This document shows, piece after piece, positions 13,764 through 26,178 of a DNA stretch of 64,000 nt. Source of the DNA: Callorhinchus milii (lineage: Eukaryota). A program made the translations under genes and the position numbers. Location: positions 10,852,001 through 10,916,000 of the forward strand of contig NW_024704742.1 in assembly GCF_018977255.1 (NCBI RefSeq), in the 5' to 3' direction. The notes below the pieces were generated by a model. That model saw only the letters and a list, made by a program, of their open reading frames with translations, was not told where the DNA came from and made no database searches. The first letter of the stretch is position 1, and each line of letters opens with the position of its first letter.

Positions 13764-14062
13764 TGTAGCGCAGTAGTTAGAGCACTCAAGCGAGAGACAT
13801 GGGTTCGATTCCGGGCAGGGCGAAAGATTGGGCAAGTTTTTTAAAAAAAACTAGTCACCCAATCCATGACTGTTTGTGGGACACTGCTGTGCACAATCGA
13901 CTGCCAAGTTTCACTCACAAAATATACAGTCAATTCACTTCAAAGTATATTCTGTGAATCCCTTTGAGATGTCTCGAAGACGTGATAAGGCGCAAATGCA
14001 ATAATCAAATAATAATCAATAAAATAATAATGAATAATCAAATGCAAGGATTATCATTATTA
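13764..14062 (+). mobile_element. tRNA-Ala SINE copy, diverged
   Basis: Head TGTAGCGCAGTAGTTAGAGCACTC...GGTTCGATTCC, plus shared body and tail. Confidence 0.82.
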
Positions 14063-14362
14063 ATAACATACTGACTGTTTTGAGCACTTTTAAAGTAATG
14101 CAGTATTTTCCTCAGCCTTTGGTTAGCAAGGTTGGGATAGATAAGTATCAGTGAAGCTTCCTTCTCTGTATACTGTAACCTGCACTATATGGATCAGTAC
14201 TCTTTCACTTCCCTCCCTCTCCTTCCTACTCAAACTACCTCACATTCATTACCCTGATATTAACATCCACCTCAACTCTTGCAAAATGCATTGAAGAAGT
14301 TTGGATTTGAGATATTCTTTTTTTTGTATGCCTTTTTTTCCAACTTGTTTCCGTATGAACAG

Positions 14363-14468
14363 GAAAGTAAACTTGAAACGTTCCAAACACAATATGCACC
14401 CCTACATGCTGCCACCTTCTTATCACAGGCAGACTATGCAAGGTCAAACATCCGGCTTACTATCCTTG
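14363..14468 (+). other. Candidate internal exon (106 nt), gene unidentified
   Basis: Long polypyrimidine tract ending GAACAG| and donor TTG|GTAGGT; open in two frames (ESKLETFQTQYAPLHAATFLSQADYARSNIRLTIL or KVNLKRSKHNMHPYMLPPSYHRQTMQGQTSGLLSL); not a recognised repeat. Confidence 0.35.
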
Positions 14469-15224
14469 GTAGGTTGTGCTATGAAGTTGGGTGGGGAAAG
14501 CCCTCTGGTTTGTGAGCCAGCTGAGAGGAGAGTAATTCCAAGCCTGATAGTTGTAAGCGGAGTAGTTTATAAGTCTTTACATTTTTCAACCATTTGGTGA
14601 AGGCAATATCAGTTCAGTTTGTGATGGTTACTGCCTAACCTACCTCACGAATCAGCAGAACTTTTGCCAGAAAATCATAATATTGGACAATATTACTGCT
14701 AGTACTGTACTTAGTGGAGTATAAAAACTATGATTGAATAGTGGACATAATCAGCCCCATGGGATAGTTGTTAGATGAATAATTTAGGCAACTGGTCTTT
14801 AGTTTATTACTGTGAATGTTACAAGCTGTTACAAGTACTGTGTACAGCCATATACAGTATTAATAATATCTTTATTCACTAAGCAAAGATGATTATGTTT
14901 AAACAAATGTTCAACATGAGCCTTGTCCCTTGTCCCAGAGTTGTTGAAGATCTAAAAAATATCCTTGACCCCATGTTGTCCTCCATTCAACCCATCATGA
15001 TGTCCTCATGACGTGAAATGTACTATATCCAATGAAAAGATTCAGGATTCTATTCTAAGTACCTCACCATTCAGGAGAAGTCTTTCTCTAATTATGTTGT
15101 TTAAAAAAAGATTAATTATTTTGAAAATATCCACTCAATGCACCTTTGTCTTCTTTGGGTATGGATATGATACCTTTCCTGAAGGCAGCTGAATATGATT
15201 ATGAAATGTTGATACTTTTCACCT

Positions 15225-15545
15225 AGCAGTAAGTAGAAATCCGGTTGTTAGTCAATTACTTTTCGAGATAATAATCCTTCCAAACAAACAAGCAAACAAA
15301 CACATAAATACATAAACAAACAAACACATAAACAAACAAACAAACAAACAATTGTGGTCACTCAATCCATGGAAATGTGGATTGAGTGACCACAATCACA
15401 TAGAAATTGCACTTCTATGTGCAATTGGCTGCCGCATTTCAGCCACCAATACACAATCAATCCACTTACAGTATATTCTGTGAAGTTCTTTGAGACGGCT
15501 CAACAACATGATAAGGTGTTTATCAAATGCAAGGATTATTATTTT
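15225..15545 (+). mobile_element. Diverged SINE with internal (AAAC)n expansion and a perfect 19-bp fold-back
   Basis: SINE body and tail motifs; (AAAC/AAAT)n at ~15281-15350; inverted repeat 15351-15396. Confidence 0.78.
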
Positions 15546-16604
15546 GTTTTTGCCCCAATAGTTAAAAAATACAGCTGCTCAATGTGGAATAGAGCCATAC
15601 ATACTCGGAATGGTCCCTAGTTTGAGCTGAGTTATGTGATATCAGCAGGGCTACAACAAGTGGCAGCTTCAGATGTACAGCTCTCCTTCATGCTTAGGGA
15701 ACAACAATAACAAATTGCACTTGTATAGCACCCTTCACATTGGAAAGACATCACAGGGCGCTGGACAGTCAGGGTTTTTTGGACCCCAGCTGAGAGTTGG
15801 GGTCAGGAGGGGTGGAGGGCAGCGCGGGTGGGGTTGGGAGGCTGGCCAAAGACACGTTTGAAGAGGAAGGTCTTTAGACCTGACTTGAAAGAGGAAAGAG
15901 AGGAGGTGAGGCAGAGGGATTGCTAGATAGAGTTCCAGTGAGCAGGTAGTAGTCAAGCCTGGACGTGACAAGCCAGCCTCAATTCCTGTTTCCATATCGC
16001 CTTCCAGTGACGCAAGGTGTAAAGCATGAAGACATAATAATGTATCTAATCTCGTACCCACAAAAAGCTTGTTCCGCAAAAAGTCAATATTTAATATTTA
16101 AAAGTTAGTATTTCTAGTCCAGGCTTCACAATAAGATTCTGTTGCTACAGTTATTTACACCCTTGTCTCTGGAAATGCAACTGGGAAAAACCTTCAAATA
16201 CTTTATTTCAAAGTATTCAAATTGTTTGCTTTCTGTTTATAATTGCCTCTTGTTGAGATGTTGTTCTTGATGATATGCACAGTGGTCTTGTCATGTCGCA
16301 AAATCACATCTTTGATATCTGACACGCTTCAGAATCCTCACAGAATTGTCATAAAAGAAAATCACTGTCATTGTAACACATGCGTGACTATTAACAACAG
16401 AAATGATAGAGTCTTGTGTTGATCAATGGGTTTCGTTTTGAGTTCCTCTTACAGCTTGTGACTTGTACCCTGTTGAGCTGTCACATGAGCACAATCAAAT
16501 GGGAATTAAGTGTATTCAAAGTGAACTTCTCCATTTTTTTGTAAGGAGGGGTGGGTGGTGGGCAGGGTGGAGAGATCATCATTTAGCCTGTGACGTGGAG
16601 CTGC

Positions 16605-16745
16605 ATGTTGGGGAGGACAAGTTTGCAGGGCTATGGGGAGAGCGCGGTCGAGTTGGATTGATTTGGAAGCTCTTTTCAAAGAGCCAGCACAGACACCATG
16701 GGCTGAATGGCCTCCTTCTGTGCTGTATAATTCTGTGATTCTATG
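16605..16745 (+). mobile_element. CR1 3' end
   Basis: GGGCTGAATGGCCTCCTTCTGTGCTGTATAATTCTGTGATTCTATG terminus. Confidence 0.88.
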
Positions 16746-17729
16746 TTGATAGATTGGCATAGTGGGCATGGAGGAATAGAATGTACACATTCCACGAGTG
16801 ATAAATTGGGGATTGAGACTGGGAAGGGAGGGGTTTGGGGAAGAGAAAAAGGGAAGGCACTGAACTCGATGCAGAGATCTACCAACTGGCATTGACAAAG
16901 ACCTGGAGACAGACATTGATATCTATTATCAGAAACCAAAAGCCATGGCGAAGCCGGTTTTAATGCTGATTCAGATTTTTATGTTTAATGAACACTTGGT
17001 AAAATCTAAGCCGCTCTTCAGTTTCTTATGCAATACGTAATTACAATATTACATTTGTATCATGCCTTTCACGTCGGGAGGACATCCCAAAATCAGTTTA
17101 AATATAGGTATTCCAAGACTATCTTCACTGCTATCTTCTGTTTAGCTATTTTTAATGCTGTATTTCCTTTTCTCGTTATGTTTTAATCTTTTGCTTTGCA
17201 ACATTCATTTTATTGAATATGTCGCTCACTTATTCTTTCCAATTTACCATAGTTTTCTTGATCTAACAGCTCAGCCTTTGTTGCCGTATTCTCTCTTTTC
17301 TCCCCTGCGCTTCCTTTCTAGTTGCACTGAAATGTTCCTTTTGTACATTCTATGATCTTTTAAATTTCTCCCTGTCTTGCCATTGCTTGTTATTTTTCTC
17401 CTTCCCATCCCCTATGGCTTCTCATCATGAGTTTCCACTCTGCCGCCATGCTTCCTCAGTGTTGAAGGCCCCAGCTTGTTATCCTTCCAGGACACCTGCT
17501 ACACGACACAAACATCAGAAAATCGCAGAAAAGTCTGAGCTCCTTCCCAGAGGTACTTCTTTGCTGTATTGGCTGTCAGTCTTTGCATCTAAGCTCAAAT
17601 GTGTAGAGACGTAGCCCTGCTGCTGCTGCTGCATGAGACTAAACTTAAAAGTTTAAAGTTGTGGGATCAGTGATTGGGAAATCTCCCACAGCTTTCCATT
17701 CCATTAATCGTGTCTGTGCCTCCTCCCTA

Positions 17730-18190
17730 AAGAGCAATCCTTTCAGTCCCATTTACTTGTCCTTTCCCCATAACTCTCTCGCTGACTTTTTTAAAGTATC
17801 TATCTAGTTCCCACTTGAGGCAAAATCCATATTGGCCTTCAACTACTGGTCCTAGCAGAACATTCCATGTCCTAACTTCTGTGTGTGTGAAAACAAATTC
17901 GCTTAACCTCCCACTTTGCTCGATCTTAAATTGATACCTTCTAGTTACTGATTCATGACCAGTGGAAATTTCATGCTATTTGACTCTTATCAAAACCTCA
18001 TAATTTTAAAACCTTTAATCAGGTCATCTCACAATCTTTGTTCCAACAGAAAAAAAATACCAATTCCTACAGTCTCCACTCCTAGGCCAAACCAATTATT
18101 GCTGGTATCCTCCTAATAAATCTCCTCTGGACCCCTCTATCTCCTTGACATCTTTCCTAAAGTGGGGTGACCAATACTGGACACAATTAA
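17730..18190 (-). mobile_element. Degenerate CR1 fragment
   Basis: AATCTCCTCTGGACCCTC...CATCTTTCCTAAAGTGGGGTGACCAATACTGGACACAAT is the reverse complement of the CVQ.W.PHFRKD..LERVQRRF-encoding region. Confidence 0.75.
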
Positions 18191-19589
18191 ATTCCGTTAG
18201 AAATTTAGTGCTGACTTTGAACCACAAAACTGTTTGCATAATTTCAGAACAGAGCATTCTGAAATGAAGTCATGAGTTTGTAAGTATGCTCAGAATCCAA
18301 CATCCTGGAGTCATACAGTGCCATTGGCGTACTGGAATGGATAGCCTTTTCTGATCTCTGCTTATTATATCATGGAGTCCTTTAGCTCAGTGGTTAGAGC
18401 ACTCACGTCGCAAATGAGAGGATCTGGGTTCAATTCCCGGGCAGGGTGAAACATTGGACAAGTTTTCTTACTTAAGGCGCTGTATCAAATGCAAGGATTA
18501 GTATTATAATTATATTAGCTCCACAGCTTTACTCTGAGCTGGGAAAGAGCTAGAAATTGAGATTGATAGACTGGGATGTAGAAAAATGGGAAAAATGACA
18601 CAGATGCGATTGGCCGAATGGCTCTGTCTTGTGCTGAGGAAATCTATGAGATAAATTGAGTCATCTATAATTTTATGGTGGAGTTGAGTATCCCCACAAT
18701 TTGTGGTGTTTAGTGTGAAGTAACAAATATTGTGTGAAAGTAACATATTTACTAGAATCTCAAAATGCTTCACAGAATAAACTGTAAAATGAATTGACTG
18801 TATATTTTGTGGGTGAAACATTTCAGTGTGCTTAGCATTTAAAAAGGCAATAATTGCAGTAAATGTTACGCTTGCATGAGTTGAATGTTATTGTGCTTGG
18901 ATCGCAAATTTTGCGTCTTAGGAGTGAATGTATCATGGTTTTGTACAATGAAGGTCAACAGTCCAAGCAGAAAGAATTGTTATATTACTTATTTAATCGA
19001 ATTACTGCTCACCACAATGCTACAGTGTCATGGAAACACACACATGCAACAAAGAAGTACAACTTATTTAATTTGAAAAGATGGGAAAAGGGCAACATCC
19101 TGCTTTCCAGTCAGACATGCATTTTTGTCCGATTTCTCACAAGTGTGGGTTCTCTGTTGCAGGAAGGGACTTTGTTAACAGGTGCTGTATTGCTGATGCT
19201 TGGTTATGCTCAGCAAGCCGTGAAATAAGAGAGAAAATAGTTAGTGGCCGAGAGAATTGGACACCAGCCAGACCTGATGCTATGTAAAGAGAAGTATATA
19301 CGCTTTCTCAGCATTATCCCTTTCTGCTCTGAATTTGCACTGATCCTTCAGGACTCGAACCGAGTACACTAACGTGGTCATTCAATTTGAAATATAACCA
19401 TCAGATCCACGTGAATTATTCTGCCTAAGTAAGAAAAAAAAACAGACAATGCAATTAAACAACTTACCTTTTATATCACAAGATCCCAATTAATCTCATC
19501 CCTCCAGAAGACCTATCCTACTATCCCTTCCCCATCACAGCGTCAAGCTGCTCTTTAAATTAGTTTAAGATCCTGGCAATCTATGCTCC

Positions 19590-19845
19590 GGTGTCACGTA
19601 GCATAGGGCTAGCGCTTTCGCCTTGCAACTGAGAGGATCTGGGTTTGATTCCCGGGCAGGAAGAAATGTTGGGTAAGTTTCCTTGCACCACACAACTTTG
19701 TTTACTGAGCAGTAAATAGGAACCCAGATGTTAGTTGATTGTCAGATCACTTTCCGAGGGTAATAATCCCTCTAAAATAAAAAATAAGCGTTTTGAGACA
19801 TGTCAACGACGCGATATATCAAATACAAGGATTATTATTATTATG
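19590..19845 (+). mobile_element. Diverged tRNA SINE, older subfamily
   Basis: GGTTTGATTCCCGGGCAGG head, central TTTACTGAGCAGTAAATAGGAACC segment, ATT tail. Confidence 0.75.
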
Positions 19846-20140
19846 ATAATCTGTTCCAGAAGTTGATTATCTTCAGTGTCAAGAAAAAAATCCTGGTGTC
19901 TGTCCTGAAATTGCCCTTTAAAAAGCTAAACCTATGTCCTCTTGTTCTACTATCCTGATAGATCCCAAAGTATTGACCTGGCTTTACTAAAAAGGTCCTT
20001 TCATGTAAAATAAACATCTTGAAGAACTTTACAGAATATGATTCAATTGGAAATGAAGTGAATATGATGATGGAGGCAAATGTGGCAGCTAATAAACTGG
20101 CCAGACCTTTGTAGTTCTGTATGTTTTATACCCTGTTTAA

Positions 20141-20390
20141 ATCCTGTAGCCTCATGGTGAGAACACTCGCCTCGCAAGCGAGAAGACCTGGTTTCATTTC
20201 CCAGGCATGGCGAAACGTTAGGCAAGTTTAATAATCCCAGAAAAAAAAATCCCTTTGAAATAAAAAAATAATAATTTGGTCACTCAATCCACAACTGTTT
20301 ATAGGACACTGCTGTGCACAATTGGCTCCGCCCACAAATATACAGTCAACTCATGTTACAGTATATTGTGTGAAGCACTTTGAGACGTCT
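20141..20390 (+). mobile_element. tRNA-Ala SINE, diverged
   Basis: TCCTGTAGCCTCATGGTGAGAACACTCGCCTCGCAAGCGAG head and shared body. Confidence 0.8.
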
Positions 20391-20869
20391 ACAGCCATTA
20401 TAGATGATGAACAATAGGAACTTGTAGTGGTGGGGGAGGGGTGGAAGGGGGTAGATGCATTTTGGAACCTGTAGTGAAAATTGTGCGGAGAGTTAAACAG
20501 AATCAATGGGATAATGAAGATAGTTAATCACTTTTTAACTATCTTGTTTAAAAGAAGCATTCTGTGTCATACCTGTCATAGGTTGGATGCGATGAGCCTT
20601 CAGTACAAGAGGAGAGGAGAAAAATCTCATTATGGCAGTGAAATGTCTATTGTGTGACAGATTGTCAGGAATACATTAAGGTATTAAACCATGTATTTCA
20701 TGGCTTTAATTGGTTTTCTTTGCCTGCTACAAGGTCTCCTTCAACCATCAGCTCCCAGTGCCTTCCACCCACTTACTTCAGAACTCAATAACTGTAACAA
20801 TAAATGCTAATCCAATTAGACTGTGCAGCAGTGTTTTTGAAGTCTGCCACCCTTTCTTTTACCTTTTAG

Positions 20870-20890
20870 ATTGAGTTGATCTCAGAGCAG
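20870..20890 (+). other. Candidate 21-nt microexon (IELISEQ)
   Basis: CCCTTTCTTTTACCTTTTAG|ATTGAGTTGATCTCAGAGCAG|GTAACC; frame-preserving length; only phase 0 is open. Confidence 0.3.
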
Positions 20891-21115
20891 GTAACCAATA
20901 CGATTTGATCTACATGTTACAGATATAAGGCAAAAACTTAACCACCAAATACTTCTTGAGCAAGTGCACCGGAATTGGTTTCTTTCTAAAATGGCAGCAT
21001 GCAATTCAGTTCACTGCATATTTCGAAGTGGAACAATGCACAGTGACGCCAAAACGTTCTTGCCCTTTGGATCTAGCTTGGCACAGCTGCTAGATGATAA
21101 TTGAAATCCCGACAC

Positions 21116-21445
21116 TAATAATAATAATAGTAATAATGATAATAATTCTTGCATTTGATATGTTGCTTTTCACGTTTTCAAGACGTCTCAAAGCGCTTCA
21201 CAGAATATACTGTAAAATGAATTGACTGTATGTTTGTGGGTGAAACATGGCAGCCAATTATGCACAGCAGTGTCCCCACACACAGTCATGGATTGACTGA
21301 CTAAATTATTATATTTTTTCTTGAGGGATTATTATCAGGCGTGTGGAGTAGGAAAACTTGCCCAAGGTTTAACCTTGCTGGGAATTGAACTCAGGTTTCG
21401 CGCTTGCGAGGCGAGTGCTCTAACTACTGAACTACAGGACTCCAC
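21116..21445 (-). mobile_element. Full-length tRNA-Ala SINE
   Basis: Complete head (CTACAGGACTCCAC on the plus strand) and (AAT)n tail. Confidence 0.9.
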
Positions 21446-22194
21446 CCATGAATGGGTTTTTCTGCAGCCACTCAGCCTCAGAATCCACTGATCAAAGCTT
21501 TCTCACACCACTCACCTATGTCCAACAAGCTAATAGGTTAGCAATTTTGGGGATGATTTTAACTTGCATCTACATAGTGCTCTTCACACAAGAAGGCATC
21601 TCAGATTGTTGTAAACCAGTGTCAATATTTACTAGTCTTGGTTCTCAAATCCCTGCACTAAATCCCAGATTATTCCCTATATTAAGCAAAAACTTGAATT
21701 TATATAGCGGCCCACATGCAGGGTAGCATCCTAGAGTGCATAGCGCTTAGTCCCCCGGAGAGATACATGTTCACAAAACCTCCAACAACAATACCTTAAT
21801 CTAAAAAGTTTCCTGAAGCTATCTCAGTTACTGCTTTAAACTCTAGAGTGGCTGAAACTCCAGGGAATTCAAAAGTTCCAGTCCTGGACGTTTTTTTCTC
21901 CATTCCTCCTTAAAAGGCTCTCAACTCGACTGATACTGTTTTGTCTCAGTGTAAGAACTGTTCTGCTCCCACCAGCTCAGGACCCCAACCCCACCCTCTC
22001 CCGCACGCATTCTGCAACACCATCAGAGGGCGAGCTTTCAGCTACTTTGCCTACACTATATGGAACTCTCTCCCTGAATCCCTCCCTGTTCCTCTCTGAT
22101 TTCAAAACTCATCATAAAACCTTACCTTGTTGGTCACTACCATCTTCCTCGCTCCTTCATTTCTCCCACACTCTCTTTCACATGTTCCTTTGTG

Positions 22195-22385
22195 AACAAC
22201 AACAACAACAACAAGATTCCATTTATAGAGCGCCTTTCATGTCGGGAGGACGTCCCAAGGCGCTGTACAGTTGGGTCAGGACCCGAGCAAGGGGGAAATG
22301 GTCAGGGTGAGGGGAGGGAAGGGAGGGAGCGAGGAGGGCGTAGAGAGTTGAGAGGGGAGCTGAAGGCTCGGTCAAAGAGAAGAAA
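22195..22385 (-). mobile_element. Young L2 3' terminal fragment with (TTG)n tail
   Basis: (CAA)n GATTCCATTTATAGAGCGCCTTTCATGTCGGGAGGACGTCCCAAGGCGCTG; homologous to 40380-40507 and 41345-41487. Confidence 0.85.
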
Positions 22386-22507
22386 GGCTCTAGTTCAGTG
22401 CAAGTTGTTTTTCAAGTGCAAGATGCCATTTAGTGACTTGCCCAAGTAACTGTTATTCATGAATAAGCCTTGAGGAGTGAGTTTTGGAAGGTTGTACGTC
22501 TACGCGT

Positions 22508-22834
22508 GTGGAGTCCTGTAGCTCAGTGGTTAGAGCACTCGCTTTGCAAGCGAGAGACCTGAGTTCAATTCCAGGCAGAGGGCGAAACCTTGGGCAAGTT
22601 TCCTTACTCCACACAGAGCCTAATAATAATCCCTCCAAAACCAAAACAATAATAAATTGGTCATTTTCAATCCACGACTGTTTGTGGGTCATTGCTGTGT
22701 GCAATTGGCTGCCGAGTTCGCCCACAAATATACAGTCAATTCACTTTACAGTGTGTTCTGTGAAGCGCTTTGGGACGTCCTCCCGACGTGAAAAGCGCTA
22801 TATCAAATGCAAGGATTATTATTATTATTATTAT
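22508..22834 (+). mobile_element. Full-length young tRNA-Ala SINE
   Basis: GTGGAGTCCTGTAGCTCAGTGGTTAGAGCACTCGCTTTGCAAGCGAG...TCAAATGCAAGG(ATT)n; GCGT flanks both ends (short TSD). Confidence 0.95.
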
Positions 22835-23070
22835 GCGTCACATCACACTTGAACCTGATCCTGCCCCGACCCAACTTCCAGATACACTCACCTTCAGAGA
22901 TTGCAGGCCAGGAGCTGGAATTATGGCTAACTTTCTCCTCCTGAACCCAGAGGTTGAGGTCAATTTCAACTGCTTCCAACTGAGATCAAAGCAGTAGGAA
23001 CCAGGTTATTAGTCGATTGGCGGATCAGTTTTCCGGAGATAATAGTTCCTTAACATGAATAATAATAAAT

Positions 23071-23366
23071 TGGAGTCCTGTAGCTCAGTGATTAGAGCAC
23101 TTGCTTTGTAAGCGAGAGACCTGGGTTCGATTCCCGGCAGGGCGAAACGTTGGGCAAGTTTCCTTACTCCACACGCCTGATAATAATCCCTCAAAAAAAA
23201 ATTGTTCATTTCAATCCATGACTGTTTGTGGTACACTGCTGTGCGCAATTGGCCCATCTCTTCCCAAAATGTACAGTCAATTCGCTTTACAGTATATTCT
23301 GTGAAGCACTTTGAGACGTCTTGAAGACATGATAAGGCACTATATCAAAATGCAAAGATCATTATT
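23071..23366 (+). mobile_element. tRNA-Ala SINE
   Basis: Head, body and tail as in the 22508 copy. Confidence 0.9.
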
Positions 23367-24519
23367 GGTGTGTTCATTGTACTAGATGTGGGTGTATCCT
23401 TTAGCTATAATCAACTGTCAGAGTATAATACAAAGATAACACTTTAAAACAGTAAAGAGGAAGGTAACTTTTAATTTGTGTATTTTTAATGCATCTTCGA
23501 TCAAATGGTGTTTTGCACGCACCCATTTCAGGCCAATGTTATTGAAGAAGCTGTGTGCATGTGTGTGTGTGAGTGTAGGTGTGTATCTGAATGGGGATAT
23601 GATATAATCTAGAGGATTCCCTTACATGCGTGTGCTTCACAAAGATGATCTCCATTTCACAGACTCAATTATCCTTGTTATTAATAAGCCAAAGACATGA
23701 AGTCACATCAATCATCGAATTGTTGTGGAATTACTGTGTATAAATTGACTGCAGCAATCAGCGTCAAACTGAAGTCACAACACTCTGCAGTGAATCCTGT
23801 AAAGTGCTTTGAAACATCCTTTTCAAGTTAAAGATGCTACATAACAGATTTATTATTATGAACCACACTGTAGAGAAGGCTTCTCTATGGAGCAGGTACA
23901 TTGGAAAAGCCTCCTAAGCTGAAGTCATTCAAGCACACAAGCATATCAAGCAAGATCATAAAATCTCACCTTATTTCACAATATTTACTCTGTTCTCTTT
24001 CCATTTCTGCACTTGAATATTATCTTATGAAAAAAGTTGTAGCTAAGAATATATCTGTTATGGTATTTCCTGATAGCCATCATTACTCTTAAATACCCAA
24101 CTTGAAATGTGTACAAAATAATACATGTTGCTGTTCTATTGTTTACTGCACTCCCGAGAAAGGCAAATGGTATTAATTCAACATAATTGTCTGCTAAACA
24201 GGCACTCAACAATGTATCCTGTGAAGCGGTTTGGGATGTGCTCCTCATGTGAGAGGTGTAATACCAAATATAAGGATTGTTATTATTATTATTATTATTA
24301 TAATATCAGTGCACTGCAGCATAAGGTTATCAGTAAATTGTTTCAGATAGAATCCCTTTATTTTCATCTAAGGAACAGTCACTGGGAGTACATTTATAGA
24401 AAAGGAAATTGCGAATAAAATTTGCAGATAATTTAGAGAGGTGTGTATTGACAGTATCGTTATAATTATCCCCCAAATAGCCTGGAATAGGGAAAATATG
24501 AGAAAGAGGAAGAAAATAC

Positions 24520-25660
24520 AATGCAAAATTACATTTGTATATTGCCTTTCATGTCAGGAGAACGTCCCAAGGTGCTGGACAGTCAGCGGTTTGGACCCGA
24601 GCGGGGTGGGGGGTGGGCTTGGGATCATGGAGGGTGGAGGACAGAGAGGGTAGGAGGGAGCTGAAGGCATGGTCGAAGAGGAAGAATCAGGGAAGGTGGG
24701 GGGAAAGCAGGGTGACTGAAGGCACGGTCAAAGAGGAGGGTCTTGAGATGGGTCTTGAAGGAGGCAAGGGAGGGAGCAAGGCAAAAGGAATGTGGGATGG
24801 AGTTCTAGAGGGTGGGGGCAGAGAGGCTGAAGGCCACCCCCACTGATAGTGGGATGGGGCAGGTGGGGGACATGGAGCAGGCCAGAACCTGCTGAGCAGA
24901 GGGGGCAGACAGTTTGATAAGGGGTTAGCAAGTCAGAGAAATAGGAGGGGGCAAGGCCATGGGGGGCCTTGAAGCTGAGGAAGAGAATTTTGAACTCGAT
25001 CCTCTGAGGGATGGGGAGCCCGTGGAGCCGAGCAAGGGCACGTGTGATGGGGTGCCGGAGCCTGATGCGAGAGAGGACATGAGCTACAGAGTTCTGGATG
25101 ATCTACAACTTGTGGAGGGAAGAGTTGGGAAGGCTGACAAGCAGGGAGTTAGCATAGTCGAGCCTGATTTTAATGAAGGCATGTATGAGGGTTTTGGCAG
25201 CCTGAAGGGTGAGGCAGTTGTGGAATCAGACAATGTTCCAGAGGTGGGGAAAGGCAGAGCGGGTTCTGGCACGGATGTGGAGGAGAAAGGACAGTTGAGG
25301 GTTGAACAAGCTGCCTAGGTTCCTGACTGGCTTGGTGAGGTGGAGTGTGCATCCGTGGATGCTGATGCTGCCACTGCCTGAGATGCGGAGATGCTGTCAC
25401 CTTGGTCTTGCTGACGTTCAACTGTAGAAAGTTAGCTCTCATCTAGGAATTGATGTGGTCCTGGGGTCGAGGATGGAGGCAGAAAGATACAATTGGGTGT
25501 CATCTGTGTACATTTGGAAGTTGACCCCATGTCTGCGGATGATGTCACCAAGACAGAGCATGTACAGGTTGAAGAGAAGAGGACCGACGACAGAGCCCAG
25601 AGGAACACTGCATGGTGGAGGGGTTGGAGGAGAAGCCATTTGTGGAGACAAAATGGAGCC
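24520..25660 (-). mobile_element. 5'-truncated L2 LINE
   Basis: Minus-strand RT motifs [16 protein letters not shown]...[17 protein letters not shown] and [14 protein letters not shown]2 tail near 24530. Confidence 0.9.
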
Positions 25661-26178
25661 AGTGTGAGACATAGGATCTTAACTTTGTCCACTTCATCAA
25701 CAACTTTAATTTTTATAGTGCCCTTCATGTGGAATAATGTTTTGGAGCACTTGACAGTGGTGGGGTTGGATGCTGAGTAAGGGAGAGGTGACCATAGGCG
25801 TGGTCGAAGAAGTAGGTTTTAAGGTGAGATTTAAAGATAAATAGAGAGAGGGTGAAGAGGAAGAGTTCCAGAGGTTCAGGGGCAAAGAGACTGAAGGCTC
25901 AGTCACAGATTTTGGCAAAGAGAGGTTGGGGGAACCTAACTTAGCTTAGTAGAGAGGTGAGGAGTAGGAGAGATGGGGTCGTTGTACTACACAAAGGGAT
26001 ATTTGGTGAGGTTCTGGAAGTCAGTCTGTTGGAAGATAAAGTACAATGAAGCCTGGTGAGATTCTCAATCAATCTGTTGTCACTCCAACTGAGAAAAAAT
26101 ACTTACTCAACCTGGTTCTGGTAATGAATCAGAGGATGTAGGCTAATCCAGTAGCTCCCATTCCCAACTCATGTCATC

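Noticed and set aside
19163..19290. Exon after the acceptor TCTCTGTTGCAG
   Set aside because: No convincing donor before stop codons, and the peptides are unrecognisable
22510..22580. Functional tRNA-Ala genes
   Set aside because: Every tRNA-like sequence continues into SINE body and tail and lacks a well-paired acceptor stem
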